Positions 52,314 through 62,778 are shown, counted from the stretch's first letter. The stretch: 64,000 nucleotides of DNA from Candidatus Nanopelagicaceae bacterium (GCA_040402395.1 JBBAMQ010000002.1:37376-101375); one strand, 5' to 3'. Notes: generated from the sequence alone by a model not told the origin. Numbers and translations: made by a program.

Positions 52314-53069
52314 CTAGTCCAGGCTCGCCATGACCTCATCAGAGACATCAAAATTCCCATACACATTCTGCACATCGTCGAGCTCTTCGATCACATCGAT
52401 CAAATCAAAAACCTTTTGAGCGGTCTCGGCATCCAACGGGATACTCATTGAGGGAAGAAATGATGAGTCCGCAGATTCATAATCCATCCCCGAACTTTGC
52501 AACGCTGTGCGAACGGCAACGAGATCTGAGGCCTCGCAAACTACTTGCCAATTCTCGCCAAAGTCATTGATCTCTTCAACGCCATGTTCTAACACCGCTT
52601 CAAGAATGAGATCTTCCGTAACCTTGCCACCAGCTTTTGAGAGCAGGACGGTGCCCTTACGGTTGAAGAGATATGCGACTGAACCTGGGTCAGCCATATT
52701 GCCGCCATTGCGGGTCACGGCAACACGAACTTCAGAGGCGGCACGATTTCTATTATCCGAGAGACATTCGATCATGAGGGCGACTCCGCCGGGGCCATAG
52801 CCTTCGTACATAATGGTCTGGTAATCAGCACCACCAGATTCAAGTCCTGCACCTCGTTTAATTGCCCGATCGATATTATCGGCAGGTACTGAACTCTTCT
52901 TCGCCTTCGTAACCGCATCATAAAGTGTTGGGTTGCCATCCATATCCGCGCCACCATTTCGCGCAGCTACTTCAATGCCCTTAACCAATTTTGCAAAATT
53001 CTTCGCACGGCGCGAATCAATGATCGCCTTCTTGTGCTTGGTTGTCGCCCATTTGGAATGGCCTGACAT
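52314..53069 (-). CDS. yebC: YebC/PmpR family DNA-binding transcriptional regulator
   Basis: [15 protein letters not shown], and [10 protein letters not shown]. Confidence 0.9.
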   Translation of the reverse strand: MSGHSKWATTKHKKAIIDSRRAKNFAKLVKGIEVAARNGGADMDGNPTLYDAVTKAKKSSVPADNIDRAIKRGAGLESGGADYQTIMYEGYGPGGVALMIECLSDNRNRAASEVRVAVTRNGGNMADPGSVAYLFNRKGTVLLSKAGGKVTEDLILEAVLEHGVEEINDFGENWQVVCEASDLVAVRTALQSSGMDYESADSSFLPSMSIPLDAETAQKVFDLIDVIEELDDVQNVYGNFDVSDEVMASLD

Positions 53070-53127
53070 AGAACACCTACCCTTAGATAGCGACTAAAAC
53101 TTTTTCAGCGTAGTGAGAAGTTTAGCG

Positions 53128-53730
53128 TCATCTCTTCGCGACGATCTCCTCGATAAAGAATCGATGCACGCGTATATCTCCGCTCAATTCAGGGTGAAAA
53201 GAAGTTGCCAGTAGATTTCCTTCTCGGACCGCAACTGGATGCTCCCCTGAATCGCTCGAAACGCTCGCGAGAATCTCAACACCCGCGCCAACTCGTTCGA
53301 CCCATGGTGCACGTATAAAGATCCCCATGACTGGCGAATCTGGGATCCCTCGAATCTCGATTAAGCTCTCGAACGAATCAACCTGGCTTCCGAATGCATT
53401 TCTTCGAACTTTCATATCAATGCCGCCAAATCCCGCTTGCGCCAGCGGCGCACCAGAGATTTCGTTGGCTAGCAGGATCATTCCTGCACATGAACCATAA
53501 ACCGGCCCACCTGTCGAAATAAATTCACGGATAGGGTCGGTCAACTTAAAACTTTCGGCAAGCTTCATGATTGTCGTGGATTCTCCGCCAGGAAGGATCA
53601 GCCCATCAATCCCTGCGACTTCTTCCGGGCGATTGAGCGCAAAAGCATCGTAGCCGCACGACTCCACGCTACGAATATGTTCCCGGAAATCACCTTGTAA
53701 CGAGAGGACTCCGATGCGAAGCGCCGACAA
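53128..53730 (-). CDS. pdxT: pyridoxal 5'-phosphate synthase glutaminase subunit
   Basis: IGVLSLQGDF, GGESTT, CAGMIL, and FHPE. TTG start directly after the pdxS stop. Confidence 0.9.
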   Translation of the reverse strand: MSALRIGVLSLQGDFREHIRSVESCGYDAFALNRPEEVAGIDGLILPGGESTTIMKLAESFKLTDPIREFISTGGPVYGSCAGMILLANEISGAPLAQAGFGGIDMKVRRNAFGSQVDSFESLIEIRGIPDSPVMGIFIRAPWVERVGAGVEILASVSSDSGEHPVAVREGNLLATSFHPELSGDIRVHRFFIEEIVAKR

Positions 53731-54630
53731 TTACCAACCGCGCTCGGCGAGACGATGAGGCACCGGGATGTCGGCGACGTTTATGCCGACCATTGCTTCA
53801 CCAAGTCCGCGCGAAACATCTGCAATCACCTTTGGGTCTGTGTAATACGTTGTGGCTCTGACACAAGCTGCTGCTCGTTGAGCTGGGTTTCCAGATTTGA
53901 AAATTCCTGACCCCACGAAGACACCATCTGCTCCGAGTTGCATCATCATCGCGGCATCCGCGGGAGTTGCGATTCCGCCAGCGGTGAAGAGTACAACGGG
54001 AAGCTTGCCGGTATCGGCTACCTCTTTCACTAATTCATATGGTGCAGACATCTCCTTTGCGGCGACGTAAATCTCGTCCTCACGCATGGAAGAGAGTCTG
54101 CGAATTTCACGAAGCAAGGTGCGAATATGCATGGTCGCATTCGAGACATCGCCAGTTCCGGCTTCACCCTTTGAACGGATCATTGCCGCACCTTCGTTGA
54201 TACGACGCAGAGCCTCACCGAGGTTCGTCGCACCACAAACAAATGGAATAGTGAACTTTGTCTTATCGATATGGTTTTCATAATCAGCCGGCGAGAGGAC
54301 TTCCGACTCATCGATGTAATCGACGCCGAGGGATTCCAAAATTTGTGCCTCCACAAAATGCCCGATGCGAACCTTTGCCATCACCGGGATTGAGACTGCC
54401 GCTTGAATAGCTTGGATCATCTCTGGATCTGACATGCGTGAGACGCCGCCTTCTGCGCGGATATCCGCTGGAACTCGCTCAAGAGCCATCACGGCTACGG
54501 CGCCGGAATCTTCGGCAATCTTCGCCTGCTCGACATTGACAACATCCATGATGACTCCGCCTTTGAGCATCTCGGCCATGCCACGCTTAACGCGACCCGA
54601 ACCAACTACCTTATTGATCTGCTCACTCAT
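53731..54630 (-). CDS. pdxS: pyridoxal 5'-phosphate synthase lyase subunit
   Basis: [26 protein letters not shown], and GEAGTG. The ATG at 54630 has a GGAGAA Shine-Dalgarno sequence. The track extends to 54711. Confidence 0.95.
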   Translation of the reverse strand: MSEQINKVVGSGRVKRGMAEMLKGGVIMDVVNVEQAKIAEDSGAVAVMALERVPADIRAEGGVSRMSDPEMIQAIQAAVSIPVMAKVRIGHFVEAQILESLGVDYIDESEVLSPADYENHIDKTKFTIPFVCGATNLGEALRRINEGAAMIRSKGEAGTGDVSNATMHIRTLLREIRRLSSMREDEIYVAAKEMSAPYELVKEVADTGKLPVVLFTAGGIATPADAAMMMQLGADGVFVGSGIFKSGNPAQRAAACVRATTYYTDPKVIADVSRGLGEAMVGINVADIPVPHRLAERGW

Positions 54631-54679
54631 GATGTTCTCCAAACTTTTATGAATTCCGAAGGGATATAAGAACAGGAGT

Positions 54680-55717
54680 CTACTTCTTTGTTGTTGGTGG
54701 TGCAGAAGCAAGTGGCGCCTCTACGAAGAGCGGATCCTGCGCCACAAGGGCTATCCAGATCTTGCCCGGCGTAAACTTTGCGGGAACTCCTTCCTTGGTA
54801 GTCCACGAAGTCACGGAGTCAGGAGTCGCCCGGTTCCAAAAAATTGGGGTCGCGCCACCCGAACGAAGGAGATAGGCAGTACCCGACCCGACCGTCTGAC
54901 TAAAAGGCGTGATACCGCCTACCTTGTCGTGATAGATCGAAGGCGTAATCGTTACCTTCTGAATGATGAGATTTTCGCAACCCAGTTGCACTCCGCTCTC
55001 CGCCGTATCAGGCGCTCCCTGGTAAGTAAGCAACCAACGTTTTTGAGATGTGGACCACTTTGCCGCATAGTGTGATGCTGGCCAGGTAAATGAGGCCGAG
55101 ATGATCGGGCGAGATCCAACCGGAGCCGCGCCAAAAAACCATCCTGGATCTTTTGGCATTGCGATTTTTCGCTTCTCAATATCTACACTTTTGGAGAGCA
55201 ACGATTTCAGATGCAAAATCTCATTTGTCGGCTCCTGACGATTAACTGCCCGTGAATAGATCGAAGCCGGCTCATGATCAGCGCTGATGTTCTCTAGATT
55301 TGCAGCAGCGATCTTCGGATAGAGAAGTTTCTGAGCACCACTAAAAGCGAAGCCAATGCGCCCGTATTGGGCAAAGATATCGATATCGCTAATACGTGCC
55401 GAGCGAACGGGTCCAACCAGATCTGGCAGTGTCAATGGGTTGGAAAAAATGGCAGCAATCCGAGTCAAACCACCTTCCACCTGCTCGATATAAACAATGT
55501 CAGCACTCTCTAAACCAATTTGTGGATGAGCTGCAGGGGTGTCATCAACTTTAACCACAACGATTGGTCCGTTTCCTCCTGGTAGTGCGGTGAAGAGATT
55601 TACTGGAGGAGCCTTCGGCGTAGATACTACGATTTTCTTAGGCGTCGACCCGCATGACGAGAGAAAGAGAGAAGAGGTGAGGGCGAGAGCAATAAAAAGA
55701 GCTGGCCGGATCCTCAC
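54680..55717 (-). CDS. DUF3048-domain lipoprotein
   Basis: Signal peptide with a lipobox (LFLSSC|GS). [38 protein letters not shown] matches the DUF3048 (YerB-like) core. GTGA overlap with the upstream gene. Confidence 0.75.
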   Translation of the reverse strand: MRIRPALFIALALTSSLFLSSCGSTPKKIVVSTPKAPPVNLFTALPGGNGPIVVVKVDDTPAAHPQIGLESADIVYIEQVEGGLTRIAAIFSNPLTLPDLVGPVRSARISDIDIFAQYGRIGFAFSGAQKLLYPKIAAANLENISADHEPASIYSRAVNRQEPTNEILHLKSLLSKSVDIEKRKIAMPKDPGWFFGAAPVGSRPIISASFTWPASHYAAKWSTSQKRWLLTYQGAPDTAESGVQLGCENLIIQKVTITPSIYHDKVGGITPFSQTVGSGTAYLLRSGGATPIFWNRATPDSVTSWTTKEGVPAKFTPGKIWIALVAQDPLFVEAPLASAPPTTKK

Positions 55718-56217
55718 AGCTCGTCATTTTCAAAGGAATATCGAAAGGGAAGTTTTGCACGACCCGCTAGACGAAAAATCCTAAAAATTGTTTTAGATCG
55801 AACATTAGCCACCGCTGATATTGCTTCGACATGCATCGCGATGGCAAAACGGATCTTCTCGGTGATATCAGAGAGTCGATCCAGAAGCGGGAGTGCCATC
55901 TCCAGTTCGCCAGCAATCGCTGCTTCCCGAAGAATCCTTAAGGATTCTGACAGTTGAGACTCCGCTTCACTGCGATCTGCTATCGGAGCTTCACGACTTT
56001 CATAAGCAGATGCCGTGAGAACCAGATCGAGCGCCGGATCAAGATCACTCGTGTGCGAAATTTCGAGTGCGAGTCCTGCTCGGCGTTGCAGTAGAGCGTC
56101 TAAGTGTTCCCACGATGTTTCGACGCGATGATGCAGTCGATCGAGACGGGCTGCAGAGAATGAAAGATACCAAGCGAAAATAAGTAGGACGATAAGGAGA
56201 AATAGATATTTACTCAT
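55714..56217 (-). CDS. membrane-anchored protein, weakly LemA-like
   Basis: N-terminal TM segment, then ARLDRLHHRVETSWEHLDALLQRRAGL, which resembles the LemA pattern L..LR..V..AWS.IDVQLKRR.DL. The assignment is weak. Confidence 0.5.
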   Translation of the reverse strand: MSKYLFLLIVLLIFAWYLSFSAARLDRLHHRVETSWEHLDALLQRRAGLALEISHTSDLDPALDLVLTASAYESREAPIADRSEAESQLSESLRILREAAIAGELEMALPLLDRLSDITEKIRFAIAMHVEAISAVANVRSKTIFRIFRLAGRAKLPFRYSFENDEL

Positions 56218-57388
56218 GTGATCGTAACCTCTTCCACGGTCGATTCTCCGACCCCAGTGTTACGCCAGGACCAGAAGCCAAAACAGCTTCATAAACATCT
56301 GAGATCTCTGCGGCAACGTTGCTCCAGTCATAGCGATGCGCAGCCAATTTTACAGCGGTTGAGTTCTCCCTTAACTTCGCGGGGTTACTTAGTAGGACTA
56401 TGACTTCGTGCGCGAGAGATTGTGGGCTCTCTGAAGTAAAGAGTCGTCCGAACTCCCCACCCTTCAGAACCTCAGCGAAAGCGGGGATATCACTTGCAAC
56501 GATTGCCGAGCCTGCCGCCATCGCCTCAATCAAGATGATTCCAAAGGATTCTCCTCCAGTATTAGGCGCTACATACACATCAAGGGAGGTAAGGAATGTG
56601 GCCTTCTCACTCTCTGTCAGGCGACCGAGGAATTCAACGTGACCCCGCAAGCCAGATGGCAGACTCTTAAGAGCCGCATCAGGATCTCCCGGCCCAGCAA
56701 TACGAACCATTACATTGGGGATCGCTTTCACAATCGCCGGCAGCGCAGAGAAGAGAACGTTTAAACCTTTACGTGGCTCTTCAAATCGACCAAGAAATCC
56801 GATCGAACATTTTCCACTCGTATCAATAATTCGCGTAGCCTCGGAGAACTTTGAGGTATCTACACCATTGGGAATAACAACCGCATCAGTCTGAAAGTGT
56901 TCCCGCAGGGTTGTGCGGGCCATCTCTGACACTGCAATACGGGCCGAAATTTTCTCAATGATCGGTTCCAAAATCGGTGCGACCGCGACCAGACTTCGCT
57001 GCTTCGGCGCCGCTGTATGGAAGGTTGCGACCATTGGGCCCTCAGCAGACCAACATGCCAAGAGTGATAAGGACGGGACTTCAGGTTGATGAAGATGAAG
57101 CAAATCAAAATTGTTTGTCGCGATCCACTGTCGAACTCGAGAGGTCGCAACCGGTCCAAACGAGACGCGTGCGATTGCGCCATTGAAAGGTAGAGCAAGT
57201 GGCCGGCCAGCCGAAACTAGCCAAGGTTCGTTAATGGAATTTTCATCTGAAACCGGAGCAATGACCGATACCTGGTGCCCAAGGGAGATGAAATATTCTG
57301 CAAGCTCTTTGATATGAATCTGCACGCCACCTGGCGTATCCCACCCATATGGCGAGACCATTCCAATGCGAGTCGGTGAAAGTGTCAT
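56210..57388 (-). CDS. pimA: GT4 glycosyltransferase, phosphatidylinositol alpha-mannosyltransferase PimA-like
   Basis: PYGWDTPGGVQIHI, and the EX7E-type C-terminal motif (GESFGIILIEAMAAG). Synteny with the acyltransferase, pgsA, HIT and thrS genes, as in mycobacteria. Confidence 0.85.
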   Translation of the reverse strand: MTLSPTRIGMVSPYGWDTPGGVQIHIKELAEYFISLGHQVSVIAPVSDENSINEPWLVSAGRPLALPFNGAIARVSFGPVATSRVRQWIATNNFDLLHLHQPEVPSLSLLACWSAEGPMVATFHTAAPKQRSLVAVAPILEPIIEKISARIAVSEMARTTLREHFQTDAVVIPNGVDTSKFSEATRIIDTSGKCSIGFLGRFEEPRKGLNVLFSALPAIVKAIPNVMVRIAGPGDPDAALKSLPSGLRGHVEFLGRLTESEKATFLTSLDVYVAPNTGGESFGIILIEAMAAGSAIVASDIPAFAEVLKGGEFGRLFTSESPQSLAHEVIVLLSNPAKLRENSTAVKLAAHRYDWSNVAAEISDVYEAVLASGPGVTLGSENRPWKRLRSHE

Positions 57389-58275
57389 GAACTGCGCTCT
57401 ACAAAATCTCGGTCAATCCAGATTCGCTGGAGCATGTGCCAATCCTGGGTGTGAGCGGTGATATGTCTGCCGAAGCGATCTGCACATGTCTGCGTCATGG
57501 ATCGAATCTTTTCGCTCTGATCGCCATCACTCGGTATCGGGATCTCGCCCTCAAAGATAATTCGAATCCCATCGACTTCGTACTTTACAAATGCTGTGAT
57601 CAGTGGCGCCTTGGTCTGAATAGAGAGGAGGGCTGGTCCAATCGGCATCCTGGAAGCGCCACCTAAGAAAGTGATCTGAACCCCTGATGAAGAGAGGTCG
57701 CGATCGGCGACCAGCGCAACCAATCGATTATGGCGGAGCCGTTGTGCGAGCGTTGCGAGTGAACGAGCGTCGCCATCAAGCACTTCCATGCCGATACTCT
57801 GCCGATAGGCCAAAAATTTACGGAAGAGCCGTTCAGGTTTCAGATGTTCAGCGACCGTTACCAATGGTGCGCCACTGGCACAAAAGTAAGCCCCAGCATG
57901 ATCCCAATTTCCGGCATGTGGCAGCGAGACGATTACACCACGTCCAGCAAGAAGTGGATCACGCAGAAAGTGCTCACCCTCAACGATCACGGTCCGCATC
58001 GTCTGATCTGGACTCCATGACGGAAATCTGAAGGTGTCACACCAATAGCGCAAATACGAGCGCATCCCGCGTTTTACTAACGCTTCAAGTTCCTCATTCG
58101 ACAATTCTGGACGTACCCGCTTGTAATTTAGGCGTAGCCGCTGAATTGGTTTTCTATTCTTGCGATAAAGGTAATCTGCAATCACAGCGAAGAGCGCATA
58201 CGCACCTTTCTTAGGAAGCGCCCGGGTAACTCGCCACGCCAGAGAGTATGCGAGATACGAAAATGTTTCTTTCAT
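57385..58275 (-). CDS. patA: phosphatidylinositol mannoside acyltransferase (LPLAT/HtrB family, PatA-like)
   Basis: The PHAGNWD motif (HX4D-type acyltransferase) and its synteny. The ATG at 58275 forms an ATGA overlap with the pgsA stop. The track extends to 58446. Confidence 0.8.
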   Translation of the reverse strand: MKETFSYLAYSLAWRVTRALPKKGAYALFAVIADYLYRKNRKPIQRLRLNYKRVRPELSNEELEALVKRGMRSYLRYWCDTFRFPSWSPDQTMRTVIVEGEHFLRDPLLAGRGVIVSLPHAGNWDHAGAYFCASGAPLVTVAEHLKPERLFRKFLAYRQSIGMEVLDGDARSLATLAQRLRHNRLVALVADRDLSSSGVQITFLGGASRMPIGPALLSIQTKAPLITAFVKYEVDGIRIIFEGEIPIPSDGDQSEKIRSMTQTCADRFGRHITAHTQDWHMLQRIWIDRDFVERSS

Positions 58276-58865
58276 CGGGAGCCGCGATAGACGATCAATA
58301 ATCTCTCTCCGACGGTATAAAGAGTGAGACCGAATAGGCTCCATAATCCGACGCTGAAAACATAAGGCACTCCCAACCCATCGAAGCCGGCGGTTATCAT
58401 GATGATGATCAAGCGTTCGGTTCGTTCGGCGATCCCACCGTTGCAAGCGATATCAAGAGCCTCGGCACGAGCCTTTATATAGGAGATCAACGAAGAGAGA
58501 ATCAAGATCGCCAAAATTAAGGCTACGTTGCGGTCATGGATCTTAGAAAACCAATACGCCATCGAACCAAAAATTGCGACATCTGAAATCCGATCTAACG
58601 TCGAATCTAATAGCGCACCCCACCGAGAGGCAGAACCGCTCAACCTGGCCATAGTTCCATCGAGAAGATCGAAGAGGACGAGCAGCGTTGTGATGATCGA
58701 GCCAGCAAAGAAATGGCCTGATCCGAAGAGGAAAATCGCGGAGAACGACGAGCCCACTCCCCCGACGGCGCTCATGAAATTGGGGGTAACTCCAGCCTTG
58801 AGTAACCCGCGGCACAAGGGAGTAATCACACGAGTGACAGGCGCCTTAATTGATCGCTGAAGCAT
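58272..58865 (-). CDS. pgsA: CDP-alcohol phosphatidyltransferase (phosphatidylinositol-phosphate synthase-like)
   Basis: DLLDGTMAR...GALLDSTLDRISD fits the motif D(x)2DG(x)2AR..G(x)3D(x)3D. The start is uncertain: ATG at 58865, ATG at 58874, or GTG at 58889. Confidence 0.8.
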   Translation of the reverse strand: MLQRSIKAPVTRVITPLCRGLLKAGVTPNFMSAVGGVGSSFSAIFLFGSGHFFAGSIITTLLVLFDLLDGTMARLSGSASRWGALLDSTLDRISDVAIFGSMAYWFSKIHDRNVALILAILILSSLISYIKARAEALDIACNGGIAERTERLIIIMITAGFDGLGVPYVFSVGLWSLFGLTLYTVGERLLIVYRGSR

Positions 58866-58890
58866 TGAACACATCGTAGAGTTCGCCACT

Positions 58891-59472
58891 GTGGCAGACC
58901 TAATTTCCGATCAGCTAGCGGTTCACCTTGTCGGCCGGTACAGCGAAGAGCTTGCCAGTGCGCTTGGCTTGACCAGTTCGTCACTCGAATCGAGTGACGC
59001 TGCGCTCTTCTTGGTCAGCGCTAAAGATGGAATCATTCGGGCCGATTCTGATAGCTGGCTGATAGCTCGCGAGCTCTACATCCCCTCAATCGTGGTGATT
59101 ACCGACCTTTCGGCCGAGAACGATACGGATTTCGAGGATATGTCAGCGATCGCTGGTCGCATCCTCGATCCCGTTGTCACTCCCTATCTGGTCCTGCACG
59201 AGGAAGATGCAACGCCGATTGCCCTCATCGATCTCATCACTCAAAAGATTTTGGATTACAGCCATGGTTCACTCGAGATTCGGGAGAGCGAGCTCGAACA
59301 CCGAGAGGTGATTGAAGAATTCCGTCAAGAGTATCTCGACGCGTTAGAAGGAGCAGGTGAGGAAGCATTTGAAAACGCACTTCTCTATCCTGCACTTCCC
59401 TGGATCGCAGGTTCACGTCTTGGTCTGGCCGAAATAGCTCTCTACTTAAATCGCATTCCACTCTCGGGCTAA
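58891..59472 (+). CDS. EF-G/translational-GTPase G-domain-like protein that lacks the P-loop and other GTP-binding motifs
   Basis: 193-aa acidic ORF with a GTG start. SSDAALFLVSAKDGIIRADSDSWLIARELYIPSIVVITDLS parallels the EF-G segment LDGAIVV.D...GVEPQ.E.VWRQA.KY.VPRIAF.NKMD. The C-terminal PALPWIAGSRLGLAEIALYLNRIPLS parallels PVF.GSA.KNKGVQ.LLD.VV.YLPSP. No GxxxxGKT, DxxG or NKxD is present. Confidence 0.55.
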   Translation: MADLISDQLAVHLVGRYSEELASALGLTSSSLESSDAALFLVSAKDGIIRADSDSWLIARELYIPSIVVITDLSAENDTDFEDMSAIAGRILDPVVTPYLVLHEEDATPIALIDLITQKILDYSHGSLEIRESELEHREVIEEFRQEYLDALEGAGEEAFENALLYPALPWIAGSRLGLAEIALYLNRIPLSG

Positions 59473-59988
59473 CGCATCCCGACTCTCACTCAGTAATTGC
59501 GGAAGGACTTTCGTTGCACCAATAATCGGCATGAAGTTCGAATCCCCGGACCAGCGAGGTACCACGTGTTGGTGAATGTGATCCGCCACGCCAGCCCCCG
59601 AGATCGCGCCTTGATTCATTCCGAGATTAAAACCTTTTGCACCTGAAACTTTTCGGAGTACCTTCATTGCCGCTGATGTCAGCGCATAGATCTCGTTGCC
59701 CTCGGCCTCTGTCAGTTCGGTCAAATCAGCGACGTGGCGGTAGGTACATATCAACATGTGCCCCGCGTTATATGGGTAGAGATTCATCACCGCATAAGCG
59801 GTCGCACCTCGATGGACGATCAAACCTTCTCGATCCTCGAGAGTTGGAACGCGACAGAAGGGGCACTCAATACCATTGCCTGGCATGGGTCGGTTCTCTC
59901 CTGCTAAGTAATCTAAACGATGTGGTGCCCACAACCTCGACCACGAATCTGGCATTCCAGCCCCACCATGAGGATTTTCAGCGTTCAC
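59446..59988 (-). CDS. HIT-family protein (Ap4A phosphorylase-like)
   Basis: LYPYNAGHMLI and the histidine triad HIHQHVVPRW. Conserved partner downstream of thrS, like the mycobacterial Ap4A phosphorylase. GTG at 59988, or alternatively the ATG at 59955. Confidence 0.8.
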   Translation of the reverse strand: MNAENPHGGAGMPDSWSRLWAPHRLDYLAGENRPMPGNGIECPFCRVPTLEDREGLIVHRGATAYAVMNLYPYNAGHMLICTYRHVADLTELTEAEGNEIYALTSAAMKVLRKVSGAKGFNLGMNQGAISGAGVADHIHQHVVPRWSGDSNFMPIIGATKVLPQLLSESRDALAREWNAI

Positions 59989-59991
59989 TCG

Positions 59992-61983
59992 CTACACCTG
60001 GCTACGTTTATCGATCGCCTTGCGGACTTCTGCAATCGCTTCATCGAGCGCGATGCCATTTCGCTGCTCGCCATCCCGATAACGGAAAGAAACCGATCCT
60101 GAGCTCTGATCTTCTTCCCCTGCGATCATGATGAAGGGAATTTTCTCCATCGCAGCATTTCGAATCTTCTTCTGCATTCGATCATCAGATGAATCGATAT
60201 CGACCCGGATCCCGGCTTTGCGCATCTTCGCTGCAACGCCCTGAAGGTATGGCAGGAAGGTATCCGCTACTGGAACTGCGCGGACCTGAACAGGCGAAAG
60301 CCACGGTGGGAAGGCCCCGGCATAATGTTCTGTGAGCACACCAAAGAATCTTTCAATCGATCCGAAGAGCGCTCGGTGAATCATTACTGGTTGTTCCCTC
60401 AAGCCTTCATGGGATTGATATTCGAGATTAAATCTCTGAGGCAATTGGAAATCAACTTGGATCGTTGACATCTGCCAGGTACGACCGATTGCATCTTTTG
60501 CCTGTACTGAAATCTTGGGGCCGTAGAAGGCGGCGCCACCAATATCATCGACGAGGGCGAGATCTCGCTTCGCTGCAACGACTCGCAAGGCTTCTGTCGC
60601 AGCCGCCCAATCCTCATCAGATCCCACAGATTTCTGAGGGTTGCGAGTAGATAGCTCTAAATAAAAATCGTCGAGGCCATAATCGCGAAGTAGATTTAGT
60701 ACGAAGGTAAGCAACGAATCAAGCTCATCTTGCATTTGATCCTTGGTGCAATAAATGTGGGCATCATCTTGGGTGAAGCCACGTGCGCGGGTTATTCCAT
60801 GAATAACTCCTGATTTTTCATAGCGATAGACCGTTCCAAATTCAAAGAGCCGTAACGGAAGGTCACGATACGAGCGTGGCCGAGCTTTATAAATAAGGTT
60901 GTGAAAGGGACAGTTCATCGGCTTCATGTAGTACTTCTGGCCAGCCCGCTTTACCGTTCCGTCTGCGTGGTACTCCTCATCCATCACCATCGGTGGATAC
61001 ATACCATCCGAGTACCAATCTAAATGTCCCGAGGTCTCAAAGAGCGCAGCCTTAGTCAAGTGCGGTGAATAAACGAATTGATAATCCTCTTCTTCGTGGC
61101 GCTTTCGAGAATAATCTTCCATCGCTCGTCGAATGATGCCACCCTTGGGATGAAAGAGAGCGAGCCCACTTCCAACTTCCTCCGGAAATGAGAAGAGGTC
61201 AAGGTCGGCACCGAGTCGACGGTGATCACGCTTCTCGGCCTCGGCCAAGAGATGCAGATAAGCATCAAGCGCCTCTTGAGATGGCCACGCTGTTCCGTAA
61301 ATACGTTGCAACATCGGATTCTTCTCCGAGCCACGCCAATATGCACCCGCCGTTCGCATCAAGGTAAATGCCGGAATATGTTTTGTCGACGGAAGGTGCG
61401 GGCCACGGCAGAGATCAGACCAAACCGGCTCGCCATCGCGACCAAGGTTGTCGTAAATCGTAAGCTCTGGCCCACCGACCTCGACGCTCGATTCATCATC
61501 ATGCCCCGACTTCAATCCAATGAGTTCGCATTTATATGGTTCGAGCCGCAACTCAAGAAGAGCATCCGCCTCGCTGGTGACTCGGCGCCGAAAACGCTGC
61601 CCCGCCTTCATGATCTTGCGCATCGCTGATTCAACCTTGATCAGATCGTCCGGCGTAAATGGCTTCGCAGGATCAAAATCATAATAAAAACCATCGGTGA
61701 TAGCGGGACCGATTCCTAGCTTTGTCCCTGGGAAAACTTCCTGAACAGCTTGAGCAAGCACGTGGGCGGTTGAGTGTCGCAGGATCGCGAGACCATCGGC
61801 TGACTCGATTGTGATTGCTTCCACGGTATCGCCACTAGACAGCTGGCTCCAAAGGTCGCGAATCTCACCATTTACTCTCGCGGCAATAACAGTGCTCTGA
61901 TCGGCAAAGAGATGGGTGGGTCGTTGATCGGCGGCGATCTCTTGGGGAGCGCCGTTGACGGTGACCTTAATCGAATCGCTCAT
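59992..61983 (-). CDS. thrS: threonine--tRNA ligase
   Basis: 663 aa. TGS domain, the editing-domain [10 protein letters not shown], class II motifs (FRRRVTSE.., YRYEKSG), and an anticodon-binding domain. Confidence 0.95.
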   Translation of the reverse strand: MSDSIKVTVNGAPQEIAADQRPTHLFADQSTVIAARVNGEIRDLWSQLSSGDTVEAITIESADGLAILRHSTAHVLAQAVQEVFPGTKLGIGPAITDGFYYDFDPAKPFTPDDLIKVESAMRKIMKAGQRFRRRVTSEADALLELRLEPYKCELIGLKSGHDDESSVEVGGPELTIYDNLGRDGEPVWSDLCRGPHLPSTKHIPAFTLMRTAGAYWRGSEKNPMLQRIYGTAWPSQEALDAYLHLLAEAEKRDHRRLGADLDLFSFPEEVGSGLALFHPKGGIIRRAMEDYSRKRHEEEDYQFVYSPHLTKAALFETSGHLDWYSDGMYPPMVMDEEYHADGTVKRAGQKYYMKPMNCPFHNLIYKARPRSYRDLPLRLFEFGTVYRYEKSGVIHGITRARGFTQDDAHIYCTKDQMQDELDSLLTFVLNLLRDYGLDDFYLELSTRNPQKSVGSDEDWAAATEALRVVAAKRDLALVDDIGGAAFYGPKISVQAKDAIGRTWQMSTIQVDFQLPQRFNLEYQSHEGLREQPVMIHRALFGSIERFFGVLTEHYAGAFPPWLSPVQVRAVPVADTFLPYLQGVAAKMRKAGIRVDIDSSDDRMQKKIRNAAMEKIPFIMIAGEEDQSSGSVSFRYRDGEQRNGIALDEAIAEVRKAIDKRSQV

Positions 61984-62010
61984 AGGCGCAGGTTATCAAG
62001 AATCGGGTAC

Positions 62011-62778
62011 TCAATCAGAGCGCTCACTCAAAAGCGCACGCATCTCTTTCACGCGGTGCGATTCCAGATACTCGATCTGCTCCTCATCGATAAAGAGCGC
62101 CTTTACCGGTTCGAGTTCACGCAGGCTAGAGAGCAAATACATGCCCGATGATGCTCGTAGGTCGTCTATCGAGAGTGACTTCTCCGAAACTTCGGGAAAC
62201 CACTCAAGAAGTACCTCGCGGATAATTCCTGGTAAAAGTCCCGAGGAGAGCGGCGGAGTGTAAAGCTGACCGTTTATCTCGATCAGAATGTTTGCCAGCC
62301 CAGTCTCAACAACCTCGTCTAGCTCATTGAGATAAAGAAGATCATCGTTGCCTAACGACTGTGCAAGCCGAATTCCATAAGCACTCTGAGTGTAGGAGAG
62401 AGTCTTATGACGCGTTATAAAACTACGCGAATCGCGAACTTCCTTAGCTAACCGCAAAGTCCATCTGCTCTCGGCATTATGTACGACCTCTTGATGAGTG
62501 ATCAGATACTCGCCATTAGAAAAATAGGTAATACGCAGCCGTCCAATGGCCCATGGCTCGACGATAGAAACTTCTGACAACTTCGCCCGCAATTCCACTA
62601 ATCGAGGAGGCGAAAAGCGAAGAGCGAGAGCTGACCGCTCGAGACGTGCGAGATGTCGACTCAAAAAGTGTGCAGAACCGCGAGATGTTTTTATCGTCTC
62701 AAAGATTCCATCACCGCGCAGCCAAGGATGCGCCGTCGCGGGAAGCGTAAACTCTCCACCCGACCAAAATTCGTTCAT
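62011..62778 (-). CDS. pabC: aminotransferase class IV fold protein, aminodeoxychorismate lyase-like
   Basis: GDGIFETIK, a class IV fold pattern with ANILI..G.LYTPP...LPGI.R. ATGA-coupled to the upstream PabB-like gene. Confidence 0.65.
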   Translation of the reverse strand: MNEFWSGGEFTLPATAHPWLRGDGIFETIKTSRGSAHFLSRHLARLERSALALRFSPPRLVELRAKLSEVSIVEPWAIGRLRITYFSNGEYLITHQEVVHNAESRWTLRLAKEVRDSRSFITRHKTLSYTQSAYGIRLAQSLGNDDLLYLNELDEVVETGLANILIEINGQLYTPPLSSGLLPGIIREVLLEWFPEVSEKSLSIDDLRASSGMYLLSSLRELEPVKALFIDEEQIEYLESHRVKEMRALLSERSD

